Shown in pieces: positions 29,702 to 38,163 of a stretch of 64,000 nucleotides of DNA (positions within the stretch are counted from its first letter, which is position 1; each line of letters begins with the position of its first letter). Origin of the DNA: a phage. Below the pieces are notes generated by a model. The model had not been told where the DNA came from. It was given only the letters and a program-made list of their open reading frames with translations, and did no database searches. Where the stretch lies: assembly GCA_025611195.1 (NCBI GenBank), contig GCA_025611195.1_4718.2; one strand, written 5' to 3'. The translations under genes were made by a program, and so were the position numbers.

Positions 29702-29968
29702 TTAAAAAGTACCCATGATCGATAGGGCAATATGGTCTTTATTCGCACGCGCTTGTAACGACATATCGAGACCGCTTTTCTTAATATGCCAACGTGCCAC
29801 CAGTTCCGGTTGGTCAACGGAATACAACCCTTCTCGATGTTGATTCAACCATTTAGCAATCGGATGCAATTTATCGGGATTGACCACACCCAATTCCAAG
29901 CCGCCAGGTGTTAATGGTTTAGAATAAAAGTCAAGTGCGTTCCGTAAAAAGTCATCCTCGATGTTCAT
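29702..29968 (-). CDS. hypothetical protein
   Basis: 88-aa ORF; its ATG overlaps the stop of the small upstream ORF (ATGA). Confidence 0.5.
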   Translation of the reverse strand: MNIEDDFLRNALDFYSKPLTPGGLELGVVNPDKLHPIAKWLNQHREGLYSVDQPELVARWHIKKSGLDMSLQARANKDHIALSIMGTF

Positions 29969-30081
29969 CGTAACATACCTACCATGCCAATTACAGCAAA
30001 CAGTACGCCGACGGCGCTATACGCAAGCAGCGCTTTAGCAACCCAAGATTTTATTTCCGTAAGCTCGTCATTATTTACCAT
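29965..30081 (-). CDS. possible small membrane ORF (38 aa)
   Basis: MVNNDELTEIKSWVAKALLAYSAVGVLFAVIGMVGMLR with a hydrophobic C-terminus. Its stop overlaps the next ATG. Below the ORF-track cutoff. Confidence 0.35.
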   Translation of the reverse strand: MVNNDELTEIKSWVAKALLAYSAVGVLFAVIGMVGMLR

Positions 30082-30157
30082 ATCTCACCCCGTTATGTTA
30101 TTGTCTGATCTCATACCTTTACCTAAGCGTATCCCCGCCATTAAGACGGGGTACTTA

Positions 30158-30532
30158 TCACCAGAGACGATTACCTTCCTCGTCCCACCAAGCAATCGCT
30201 TGTGTCGACCCAAATGCGTTAGGGCGTAATGCCATGCCCTTACGGTCAACGATTAACCGCAACTCAGTACCGAACCATTCAATCGAGATAAACAAACCCT
30301 TCCGAATGATTGCTTGATAACCTGATAGCCGTTCAAAGAGTCGTTGAAAAATCTCATCATGTTCACACGACACTAATGCTTCTGAATAGCGCCGCATCGA
30401 TCTTGCGTCAGCGGGTAAACGTGTTTTACAGTCCCACCATAACACAGCGTACATCAATGCGGCATTACGCAATCGTAGTGATTGAACCGGTGTTAATTGT
30501 CGTCCTTCAACATCGTCGATAATAACGTACAT
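30158..30532 (-). CDS. hypothetical protein
   Basis: 124-aa ORF. Confidence 0.5.
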   Translation of the reverse strand: MYVIIDDVEGRQLTPVQSLRLRNAALMYAVLWWDCKTRLPADARSMRRYSEALVSCEHDEIFQRLFERLSGYQAIIRKGLFISIEWFGTELRLIVDRKGMALRPNAFGSTQAIAWWDEEGNRLW

Positions 30533-30538
30533 TGCGTC

Positions 30539-30793
30539 TTATTCCGCACTTGTTTCCTTAACATGAACACATTCCGCATCGATAGTCACGCCGGTAGAAC
30601 GATGGGTCTCGTTGGGAGAATCAAATCCGCCATTGAACAGCATCGCGAACGTGTTATTATCCATACGAGCAAAGGTCTCCGCAATACGATCGGGATGAAA
30701 ATCGGTACGGTTGATGGTCGATTTCACAAAAACTCCTATAAACAATTTAATTATTGGTATTAAGATTAAAGCAGGATCTGCGGACAGCAACAT
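30539..30793 (-). CDS. hypothetical small membrane protein
   Basis: GAAGGTGG before ATG; hydrophobic N-terminus LLSADPALILIPIIKLFIGVFV. Confidence 0.4.
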   Translation of the reverse strand: MLLSADPALILIPIIKLFIGVFVKSTINRTDFHPDRIAETFARMDNNTFAMLFNGGFDSPNETHRSTGVTIDAECVHVKETSAE

Positions 30794-31251
30794 GATTCGT
30801 AACCACCTTCATGCGGTAACGTATTGCTGGTGTCAGGCCAGACAAGCTGAATGCCTGCAACTTTTTTACCATATCGAGCGACAGCAGCTATCGCATACAC
30901 TTCATTGAAGGATTCAATATCCTCAATTTCGCGTACGTCGAGACGCAACGTTTCGCCTGTACCCTTCAAAGTCAGATTGCCATCGAACGCGCCTAACGGG
31001 ATGGTCTTTGCCTTCACCATGAAGTTACCCAGCTTGTTGATTGCCGAACCAAGGGCAGGGCAGTAACCGGACACGAAGATTTCCGGCATTCCGTGTTCGG
31101 TTAGACCAACGGTATACATAAAGCCAGGCTCGTCGCTTCCCTCATCAGGAGCGACACCGACAATAGCCCACTGCTTTTTCTCGATATATTCTTCGACAAA
31201 ATCGTCCAGTTTTGAAAAATTGTTTTCATTAAGTTTAACCGTGTTACTCAT
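30766..31251 (-). CDS. hypothetical protein
   Basis: 161-aa ORF. Confidence 0.5.
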   Translation of the reverse strand: MSNTVKLNENNFSKLDDFVEEYIEKKQWAIVGVAPDEGSDEPGFMYTVGLTEHGMPEIFVSGYCPALGSAINKLGNFMVKAKTIPLGAFDGNLTLKGTGETLRLDVREIEDIESFNEVYAIAAVARYGKKVAGIQLVWPDTSNTLPHEGGYESCCCPQILL

Positions 31252-31525
31252 GTTCTTTATCCTTTAATGCGTTTTCTAACCAACGGACATAACTTTCGCG
31301 ATAAACATGAATATGTCTTTTACCGTCGCGAAAGTTGGGATCAATAAGATGAATCGCAGCGTGGGTTGAGGCAGCCGCATGCTGCAAATGTTTTCGTGTT
31401 AATCGTCCACGTTTTACCCAGCGTTGAATATACCGTGCGTCTGCTGCAAGACAGGTACGTTCATCGATGAAAGGTACCAATACCTGAACGATACTACCGT
31501 AATACACCATCGAACTGTTGAACAT
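31244..31525 (-). CDS. hypothetical protein
   Basis: 93-aa ORF. Confidence 0.45.
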   Translation of the reverse strand: MFNSSMVYYGSIVQVLVPFIDERTCLAADARYIQRWVKRGRLTRKHLQHAAASTHAAIHLIDPNFRDGKRHIHVYRESYVRWLENALKDKEHE

Positions 31526-31555
31526 CTGCGTCTCCGTGCAAATGGATGGGGCGGA

Positions 31556-31864
31556 TTAGTGAAGAATTACTGTTTGCGATCCGTTCTCGTATTCAGCGAG
31601 TAACTCGTCGTACCGACGATCAACTGTCTTGATCGCATTATCAATCTCCGACATGTCTGATACAACAGATCGTTTCGCTTCCAATCGATATACTAACGCA
31701 TCACGCATACCTTCGGCTGCAGCGAGTTCACAGGTTGCTTGATGTTTATTATCCGAAAAGACGAAGAACGGTTTGTTCTCTTCATCAGCCAAGAAGTAGT
31801 CACGAATCGCAGCCAATCTTTCTTCTGGAACCAGTTCACAATTGTTTTCGTTCATTTTCATCAT
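31556..31864 (-). CDS. hypothetical protein
   Basis: 102-aa ORF. Confidence 0.45.
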   Translation of the reverse strand: MMKMNENNCELVPEERLAAIRDYFLADEENKPFFVFSDNKHQATCELAAAEGMRDALVYRLEAKRSVVSDMSEIDNAIKTVDRRYDELLAEYENGSQTVILH

Positions 31865-31869
31865 CTCAC

Positions 31870-32202
31870 TTAAAGTTTTAACGTATTGACGCCGCTTATA
31901 AAGGCGTTGATTTCATTGTCGATGTTACCGGTTTGCTCGATAATCTTCTCCACCATCAATCTTGGTTTGTTGTAAGCGATGCTTACAGCATCGGGTCCAT
32001 TTCCATACACGCTCGCCACGTAAATTCGAAGTTCTTTTAAACGATCAAGTAACAACTGTGCGATTTCCAGAGCTTCTTCTGTGGCGGTCTGTGTGTTGCA
32101 ACCACGTAACTTGTGCTCTAACAGCGAAGTCGCGGCATCGAGCATGGATGTGTATTTACGATAGTTATAAATATCAATTATAGCTGTCTGATTCATATAC
32201 AC
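31870..32202 (-). CDS. hypothetical protein
   Basis: 110-aa ORF. Confidence 0.45.
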   Translation of the reverse strand: MYMNQTAIIDIYNYRKYTSMLDAATSLLEHKLRGCNTQTATEEALEIAQLLLDRLKELRIYVASVYGNGPDAVSIAYNKPRLMVEKIIEQTGNIDNEINAFISGVNTLKL

Positions 32203-32207
32203 GTTGT

Positions 32208-32900
32208 TTATTTGTTAGGGTCAGGTAATACTAGGTATTGCCGGTAAAGAGAGTCGATCGCTTTCCTAATATGGCTTGCTTGAAGACGACGCCCGAGAAA
32301 AGTCTTATAAAAGGGGTTACGGTCCATGTACAGATCATAATTCCATCTCATCACGACTATGACGTTTTTTATAAACAAACGACATTGCATAATGACTGGA
32401 TCGTTATCTTGAGTGTACTTACTCGCGCTACCGATACCACACCTCTTATTAACTTCCCTTAACCGTATTATCACTTTCACGAATTTAATCAGTTCAACCA
32501 ATTGGCGTAAATTACGTCGAAACCAATATTGTCGCCAACCTCTCAATGTTTTATGAAAAGGGCCGAAGAGAGTTCTATACCCACACGCATAAAAACTTAA
32601 TGTAGATTTCGTATAGCTTGTATATACCCTCAGGCTCTTTTTGGCGCTCTCTTTGTCGTAGTAAACAACACGACCAGGTTTATAATTACGGTTATATAAC
32701 TGATCAACACATTCGCCGATTAGACCCACGGTCGACAAACAATCGGTCATGGCTTTAACGGTTTCCGTGTCGTTATACAGTTCTCCTAGCCAGCGAAGCT
32801 GTTCTGCTTTTTCCCGTAAACGACGAATACGTTGCTGCCACCAAAACCATCGAATATCCCGAATAGGTTTCTCTGTCCCTGTATTAGAGTTTGTCGTCAT
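32208..32900 (-). CDS. hypothetical basic, Trp/Arg-rich protein
   Basis: 230-aa ORF. Confidence 0.5.
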   Translation of the reverse strand: MTTNSNTGTEKPIRDIRWFWWQQRIRRLREKAEQLRWLGELYNDTETVKAMTDCLSTVGLIGECVDQLYNRNYKPGRVVYYDKESAKKSLRVYTSYTKSTLSFYACGYRTLFGPFHKTLRGWRQYWFRRNLRQLVELIKFVKVIIRLREVNKRCGIGSASKYTQDNDPVIMQCRLFIKNVIVVMRWNYDLYMDRNPFYKTFLGRRLQASHIRKAIDSLYRQYLVLPDPNK

Positions 32901-33531
32901 TAATACCCTCTATTAGTTGTACGGCAACTTCTCTTTCGGTGTTATAAAAGAACTTACGGTGAAACTGAACAAGAAGTTTTTCGAATTTATGTTGAACGAT
33001 CTTTTTGCGTTCAATATGACCCAGGGAGAGCAAAGCGCCCATGCAACGTACCGCTTGTTCGAGAACTTGTTTCGCGGTATCGTGATCGTCCGGCAACGGT
33101 AAATCTTCCTCGTCATCTTTCGCGATAAGGCGTCTGATGATGTTATCAATACGTATCTCATCACCGTTAATGAAAGCGCCTTTCTCCCATTCATCAAATC
33201 GTTGATGGATTCGACGTTGTAAGTTGGCCCTGTCTTCCATTAACTCTTTCAACTGTTTTTCTAAGTGGGATACGGTACGGCGGTCGGTATCAGTGAAGTT
33301 TTCCGATTCTTTATACCACCAATCATTACGCGCTTGTAGGTCATTGATGCGAGATATTATCCGACGACACTCGTTAACAAACGCATCACCGTTCGATAGC
33401 TCCGTACCGAAATAGCATTTGTATTTATAACGCATAACACGGATTAAACGTTTCGCTAGAAAACCTTGTTTCTCCAGTTTCTTCTTCAGTTGTGCGTATT
33501 TCTCTTCTTTTGTTTCCGCGATATCTTTCAT
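32884..33531 (-). CDS. hypothetical protein
   Basis: 215-aa ORF; ATGA overlap with the next gene. Confidence 0.5.
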   Translation of the reverse strand: MKDIAETKEEKYAQLKKKLEKQGFLAKRLIRVMRYKYKCYFGTELSNGDAFVNECRRIISRINDLQARNDWWYKESENFTDTDRRTVSHLEKQLKELMEDRANLQRRIHQRFDEWEKGAFINGDEIRIDNIIRRLIAKDDEEDLPLPDDHDTAKQVLEQAVRCMGALLSLGHIERKKIVQHKFEKLLVQFHRKFFYNTEREVAVQLIEGINDDKL

Positions 33532-33845
33532 GTCATATTCTCCGCTATATGCTTTAAACTGTTGCGTATACTTTTCAATCGATGGTTAAATCCGGAACGA
33601 TAACATTTCCGTACAACCCTTGGCGCTCGCGCTTTATTCGCCTGATGAAGCTGTTCATTCACCTGCGACGCTATACGTAAACGTTCTAATAAAGACCTCA
33701 ACCGAACGACAACCAACGGTTGTTCTTTCACCTTCTCTAGTTTGAGTAAAGAGTCAATACGAAACTTTATATCGATAATCTGATTCCTGTTTTTGCGGTA
33801 CTGATGAATATACCAGCATCGACGAAAATAGGTGATGCTAAGCAT
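33528..33845 (-). CDS. hypothetical protein
   Basis: Start moved to ATG 33845 (AAGAGGA upstream); the ORF-track start is TTG. Confidence 0.45.
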   Translation of the reverse strand: MLSITYFRRCWYIHQYRKNRNQIIDIKFRIDSLLKLEKVKEQPLVVVRLRSLLERLRIASQVNEQLHQANKARAPRVVRKCYRSGFNHRLKSIRNSLKHIAENMT

Positions 33846-33865
33846 AGGGTAGATCCTCTTCAACG

Positions 33866-34063
33866 CTATCTCCAACAATACATCGGATTAGGTGCTTTAT
33901 GGCATTTATAAATACCTACTTTCTTCTGTCTACCTTTACCTGGGCCTCGTTTAACGCGTTTGTTATAAACACGACCAAAATATCGTGTGGCGATAAATCG
34001 GGATGTATACATCGGGTCGATATATTCTAGCGTACCTGCTTCTGTCACTTCGAGACATTGCAT
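33866..34063 (-). CDS. small basic protein with K-R-G-P-G-K-G motif
   Basis: GRVYNKRVKRGPGKGRQKKVGIYKC; start moved to ATG 34063 (GAGAGGT upstream). Confidence 0.45.
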   Translation of the reverse strand: MQCLEVTEAGTLEYIDPMYTSRFIATRYFGRVYNKRVKRGPGKGRQKKVGIYKCHKAPNPMYCWR

Positions 34064-34088
34064 GCGTAACCTCTCTTTCATCTAAAAG

Positions 34089-34295
34089 TCAGTCCAACAT
34101 AAGCCATGGCATCGCTTTCGCGATAGAATCCACCGCAGCATTTGCGATCCTTCGTTCAGTCGTTGGTACCACGTGCGCCACGAACCGTTTCCCTTTATTG
34201 CAACCTTTCTTGTGTTTTCCTTTGACTAAACGAACACCAATCATGTCGTTGATAACATGATTTAGTATGTGGCGCTGTAGAGAATTAATCATCAC
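34089..34295 (-). CDS. small basic protein with related Lys/Gly motif
   Basis: IGVRLVKGKHKKGCNKGKRFVAHVV; start overlaps the stop of the upstream small ORF. Confidence 0.45.
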   Translation of the reverse strand: MMINSLQRHILNHVINDMIGVRLVKGKHKKGCNKGKRFVAHVVPTTERRIANAAVDSIAKAMPWLMLD

Positions 34296-34431
34296 TTTTA
34301 CTCCAGGCAGAGAAGATTCTCGGTTTTAGTTCTATCTGTCCGCAAATCCAGGTGTATCGCCATTTACCTTTACGAGGACCTTTCTTATTTTTAACGCCTA
34401 TCAGAATACGATAGGGGTATGACCAAGCCAT
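34285..34431 (-). CDS. small basic protein with KNKKGPRKGK motif (48 aa)
   Basis: Not in the ORF track (under 60 aa). ATG at 34431 with AGGAG 7 nt upstream; ILIGVKNKKGPRKGKWRYTWIC; stop overlaps the next start. Confidence 0.45.
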   Translation of the reverse strand: MAWSYPYRILIGVKNKKGPRKGKWRYTWICGQIELKPRIFSAWSKSDD

Positions 34432-34461
34432 TCTAAACTCCTAAAATAAATCTCGATATTC

Positions 34462-34755
34462 TTAATGCAATTGCTTCTTAAAACCTAATTTAAGAAGCGT
34501 CATTCTCTTGTCGATGGTATCCAAGGCTTCCAGCAAGGATTTACGCTGCTCCTTTGTAAGCATATCGACGCGTAGACGTTCGTTAATTTCTGCTTTAAGC
34601 TGTATAGGAAGGGTTTGTGTAAGTATGCTATCAGCCTCCATCTCGTAACTATTTTTCGGTATGGGTAATGCTTCAGTAACACCAGTGAGATAAAAACCGA
34701 TAGTGGTTACTCGCTCATCCATTGCTTCTAACAGTTCAGAACTTACTTCATCCAC
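34462..34755 (-). CDS. hypothetical protein
   Basis: GTG start at 34755 with GGAG 7 nt upstream; alternative ATG at 34722. Confidence 0.4.
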   Translation of the reverse strand: MDEVSSELLEAMDERVTTIGFYLTGVTEALPIPKNSYEMEADSILTQTLPIQLKAEINERLRVDMLTKEQRKSLLEALDTIDKRMTLLKLGFKKQLH

Positions 34756-34772
34756 GATAGTTCTCCGTATTA

Positions 34773-34790
34773 GGGTGGGCGTACCCACCC
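34773..34790 (-). promoter_or_regulatory. stem-loop GGGTGGG-CGTA-CCCACCC
   Basis: Perfect 7-bp stem between the thymidylate synthase stop and the next gene. Confidence 0.45.
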
Positions 34791-34802
34791 CCAGTTGTTA
34801 AT

Positions 34803-35822
34803 TTACACCGCCACCTTAGCCTTGATAGCCGGATGTGATTGATATCCGACGAACACAAAGTCTTCGTAACGGTAATCCGTAATACTTTCCGGTTTACGTA
34901 CGATTGTTAGCTTCGGTAATGGATACGGCTCACGGCTGAGCTGCTCTTTAACCTGTTCGAAGTGGTTGTGATAGATGTGGCAATCTCCACCCGTCCACAC
35001 GAACTCACCAACGTCCATATTCAGCTGTTGGGCAAGCATATGCGTCAGCAACGAATATGATGCGATGTTGAACGGTTTCCCGAGCACTGCGTCGCACGAA
35101 CGCTGGTAAAGCTGACAGGATAAGGCACGTGTTGGTACGTTATGCGCATTCAACCAAAGTTCTGTTTCACTGTGTCGTACATCATCCGTAACCCACTGGG
35201 TTCTTAATACGTCATTGCGTTGAACATAACCAACGCGTTCATCGATGGTGAGCTCGTGGGTATAGAACTGATAAAATGAATGGCACGGAGCGAGATGCAT
35301 ATCGTCTAAATCACCTACGTTCCACGCGCTAACGATGATCCGTCGAGAATCGGGGTCTTCTTTAAGCTGGCGCATCACGTTTGCAATCTGATCGTGATGT
35401 CTAACATACACGAGGTGTTTTAGCATACCGTCATTAAGAATGCCGCAATACTCATAGCCGCGTTGCATCAACTCACGAGTACGTTCTGTATCGTGCGGAA
35501 CAACCACTTTGTAGTCGATCCATTCCCGCCATTGTTTGCCGTAAATCGGTCCTAGATTCCCTTCTTCGTCAGCCCACTCATTCCAAATACGAACACCGTT
35601 ATCTTGAAGATAAGCAACGTTTGTGTCGCCGTTAAGAAACCAGAGCAGTTCGTGGATAACGCTCTTAAGGTGAATCTTCTTGGTGGTTACCAGCGGGAAC
35701 CCTTTCTTCAAGTCAAAACGCATCTGACGTCCGAATACAGAACGGGTCCCGGTGCCTGTACGATCGGCTTTATCACGGCCGTTATCCATGATGTCTTGCA
35801 AAAGGTCCAAATACTGTTTCAT
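34803..35822 (-). CDS. thyA: thymidylate synthase with two insertions
   Basis: Near-colinear with E. coli ThyA (MKQYL.L.Q..., DRTGTGT, LLWFL.GDTN, SAWNV, catalytic [21 protein letters not shown]). Two inserts of about 35 and 40 aa, after WREW and after FYQFY; 339 aa against 264. Confidence 0.9.
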   Translation of the reverse strand: MKQYLDLLQDIMDNGRDKADRTGTGTRSVFGRQMRFDLKKGFPLVTTKKIHLKSVIHELLWFLNGDTNVAYLQDNGVRIWNEWADEEGNLGPIYGKQWREWIDYKVVVPHDTERTRELMQRGYEYCGILNDGMLKHLVYVRHHDQIANVMRQLKEDPDSRRIIVSAWNVGDLDDMHLAPCHSFYQFYTHELTIDERVGYVQRNDVLRTQWVTDDVRHSETELWLNAHNVPTRALSCQLYQRSCDAVLGKPFNIASYSLLTHMLAQQLNMDVGEFVWTGGDCHIYHNHFEQVKEQLSREPYPLPKLTIVRKPESITDYRYEDFVFVGYQSHPAIKAKVAV

Positions 35823-36022
35823 TTTAATCCTCTAAGTGTTTCAAGTAGTTCCTGAAATTTGTAACGATATTTAGAATCACTTAACGTGTAACAGCAACCA
35901 CGTAACACGTTATGCGCGTAATCAGCTTGTAAACCACGAACCTTCGGATCCAGTGATAGATTCAATGACGCGTCATCAAAAATCCACGCTTCAATGTTCT
36001 TCTTAGATTCCTTCGTTAACAT
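35819..36022 (-). CDS. hypothetical small protein
   Basis: Start moved to ATG 36022 (GAGGTGA upstream); the ORF-track start lies inside the stem-loop. ATGA overlap with thyA. Confidence 0.45.
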   Translation of the reverse strand: MLTKESKKNIEAWIFDDASLNLSLDPKVRGLQADYAHNVLRGCCYTLSDSKYRYKFQELLETLRGLK

Positions 36023-36146
36023 CGTTTTCACCTCGTAGTAAAAGTAAATAGAGTTTTGTCGAGACGCCCTAATTACATACAACGTAGGTTCTCCTGGCTT
36101 CAGAGAATTCTTAAAATCCGTTAGTTTTGATGGACAGGATAAGACA

Positions 36147-36175
36147 GCATAAAAGCCTCCCATTACGGGAGGCTT
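36147..36175 (-). promoter_or_regulatory. stem-loop AAGCCTCCC-ATTAC-GGGAGGCTT followed on the minus strand by TTTTATGCTG
   Basis: 9-bp stem 36153..36175 after the stop of 36187..36735; TTTTATGC at 36147..36154 (minus). Confidence 0.55.
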
Positions 36176-36186
36176 CATTAATCAGC

Positions 36187-36735
36187 TTATTTCACAAGAA
36201 CAGCGAATTCGAGAACGTAAATAGCTTCATCGTCCATCGGATTTGTTGTGGTATAGCCAACGAAGCAATAACCCATATCCACGATAAACTCGCTAAGTTT
36301 ATCGATGACTGATGCCTCGATGCGATCATCAACAGACAGACGACATTTACGGGTTATGTTTTGCCCGCGAGGAACACCAGCCAACACGGATAGAAAATGT
36401 ACGATCCGATTATTGGTTGTGAACTGCACGTAATCATCGTAGTGCTTAAGGTCTTTCATCGCAGACTCTACCGTCATCCGGCGACCAGGTGATACATACT
36501 CAGAATAAGAATAAGCTGCAATCGTGCGGCGGTCTTCAGTGAGGTAAGTATTCCCTTCGGGATGATAGCTCTCGATTGTTCCGTCTTCATAGGCGACGGT
36601 TACAACAGGTGCGCCGTACTCGTCGCGACCGAAATCAATCTTACATTTATTCGAAAGCGGTAGAACTGTACAAGGCTTTGCATTGTTCTCATCGGGGAGA
36701 TCGTAACCACTCATCATTTTCAAGAACATAGACAT
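36187..36735 (-). CDS. hypothetical protein, tandem paralog A
   Basis: MSMFLKMMSGYDLPDENNAKPCTV... resembles the 36822..37355 product. Confidence 0.55.
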   Translation of the reverse strand: MSMFLKMMSGYDLPDENNAKPCTVLPLSNKCKIDFGRDEYGAPVVTVAYEDGTIESYHPEGNTYLTEDRRTIAAYSYSEYVSPGRRMTVESAMKDLKHYDDYVQFTTNNRIVHFLSVLAGVPRGQNITRKCRLSVDDRIEASVIDKLSEFIVDMGYCFVGYTTTNPMDDEAIYVLEFAVLVK

Positions 36736-36821
36736 AATAGAACCTCATGATAATAGATAATAGAAATGATAGATAGTACAACAAATTGAGGGGGTATTAT
36801 CCCACCCCCTCGCAGGGATTA

Positions 36822-37355
36822 CTACTTAACGATCGCGATGATTTTGCCGCTCGCACCGGCGTAATATGCTGTTAATTCACCAGTAAACAACTCTTGTAAA
36901 AGACGATTTACGTGACTAACAAAGTTAGGATTGTCTGATTTTACAAACTCGATATTGCGCGTTTGTTTTATATCACGATCGATTAAACGGATTTCCAACA
37001 ACGCACAAATAAGGCGATCGTCGAGTTCACCACTCGCATCCAGCACTTCCCCATACTTCGTAGCACGGACGTCCGCATACATACGGTCAACATCATCCTT
37101 CCCAAAACCACAGGAATAGGCATACGTTGCGATGGTGTTACCATTGTCCATCACATAAACGTTACCACCTGGGTAATCGATAAATCGTTGATCCTTATCA
37201 CCATGAGCGACGAACTCCAGTGTCGGTCTACCCATCGAATCACGGTTGAATTCAATTGTGGTCAAGCGATCTGGTACCACATGCAACGTAAATGGTTTCG
37301 CATTGTTACGATCGCTAGTATCGCAGTTGCCCATTACTTTTACAATAACACTCAT
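36822..37355 (-). CDS. hypothetical protein, tandem paralog B
   Basis: MSVIVKVMGNCDTSDRNNAKPFTL... resembles the 36187..36735 product; AAGGA before ATG. Confidence 0.55.
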   Translation of the reverse strand: MSVIVKVMGNCDTSDRNNAKPFTLHVVPDRLTTIEFNRDSMGRPTLEFVAHGDKDQRFIDYPGGNVYVMDNGNTIATYAYSCGFGKDDVDRMYADVRATKYGEVLDASGELDDRLICALLEIRLIDRDIKQTRNIEFVKSDNPNFVSHVNRLLQELFTGELTAYYAGASGKIIAIVK

Positions 37356-37429
37356 GTTTTATTCCTTAGTAGTCCTAGTAGTAGTATTGAGGAATAGCAC
37401 CTCATTAGATAGTCTATTTTGGTAATGAT

Positions 37430-37729
37430 TTACTGAAACAGGACATTAAACTCGACGAGATACCCATCGGATCTATCACCACGATATCTGTTGCAGAAAA
37501 CACCGAATTTCATCAAGAACTCACATAACTCTTCGGCTTTGTATAACGGAATACGATTTTCGTCGAGCAGAGGACACATATGGCTAACCAGCTCCGACGA
37601 ATCAACGCAACACAAATAAAGAAGGAACCGAACAATAGCTCGGTTCTTAGTGAAGCTCTCGAATTCACCTGCGGTTCTGAACTCATCGAGGAGCTTTGTC
37701 GTTTTCTTCAATCGTTCACGATCAAGCAT
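37430..37729 (-). CDS. hypothetical protein
   Basis: 99-aa ORF with GAGGT before ATG. Confidence 0.5.
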   Translation of the reverse strand: MLDRERLKKTTKLLDEFRTAGEFESFTKNRAIVRFLLYLCCVDSSELVSHMCPLLDENRIPLYKAEELCEFLMKFGVFCNRYRGDRSDGYLVEFNVLFQ

Positions 37730-37742
37730 GTTAACCTCAATA

Positions 37743-37783
37743 CGAACATAACCCTCCTCCGACCCATCAGGGAAGGAGGAGGG
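37743..37783 (-). promoter_or_regulatory. stem-loop CCCTCCTCC/GGAGGAGGG (14-nt loop) followed on the minus strand by TTATGTTCG
   Basis: 9-bp stem 37752..37783 after the stop of 37793..38107; the plus strand carries AATATGCTG on the other side. Confidence 0.5.
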
Positions 37784-37792
37784 AATATGCTG

Positions 37793-38107
37793 TTATTTTG
37801 TTTTAGGTGTTGAACCGTTCTTCTTGAAGTCGGATTCGTATTTCACGTTAGAATCGAGAACCTCACGAACGGTTTTATCCGTACAGCCACGAGCGATGTA
37901 TGCATTAAGATCATCACGTAATTTACGCATTGTTGTTTTATCCGCATCAGAAATATCTGACTTGGTAAGACGGAATGCAATTGCGTCACGGATTTTATTC
38001 AGCGTCGCTGGGTTAATACGCTGTTCTGCAAATACCGCTTTGATGAACTTATCGCTATCTTTCGAAGCGACGGCAGCATCAAGAATCTCAATATGCTTTT
38101 CAGACAT
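37793..38107 (-). CDS. hypothetical protein
   Basis: 104-aa ORF. Confidence 0.5.
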   Translation of the reverse strand: MSEKHIEILDAAVASKDSDKFIKAVFAEQRINPATLNKIRDAIAFRLTKSDISDADKTTMRKLRDDLNAYIARGCTDKTVREVLDSNVKYESDFKKNGSTPKTK

Positions 38108-38163
38108 CTTCTTTCCTTTAATAAACGATCATCGTCATATTCATTGCGCAGGGTACTATCACT

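Noticed and set aside
34803-35822. Inteins or a group I intron in the thymidylate synthase
   Set aside because: The two extra segments are only about 35 to 40 aa, in frame, and lack intein splicing motifs. There is no frame interruption to suggest an intron.
35819-36178. Full-length 119-aa ORF-track reading
   Set aside because: The N-terminal 52 codons run through the intergenic hairpin and the TTTTATGCTG motif. An internal ATG at 36022 with a GAGGTGA Shine-Dalgarno gives a more plausible 67-aa protein.
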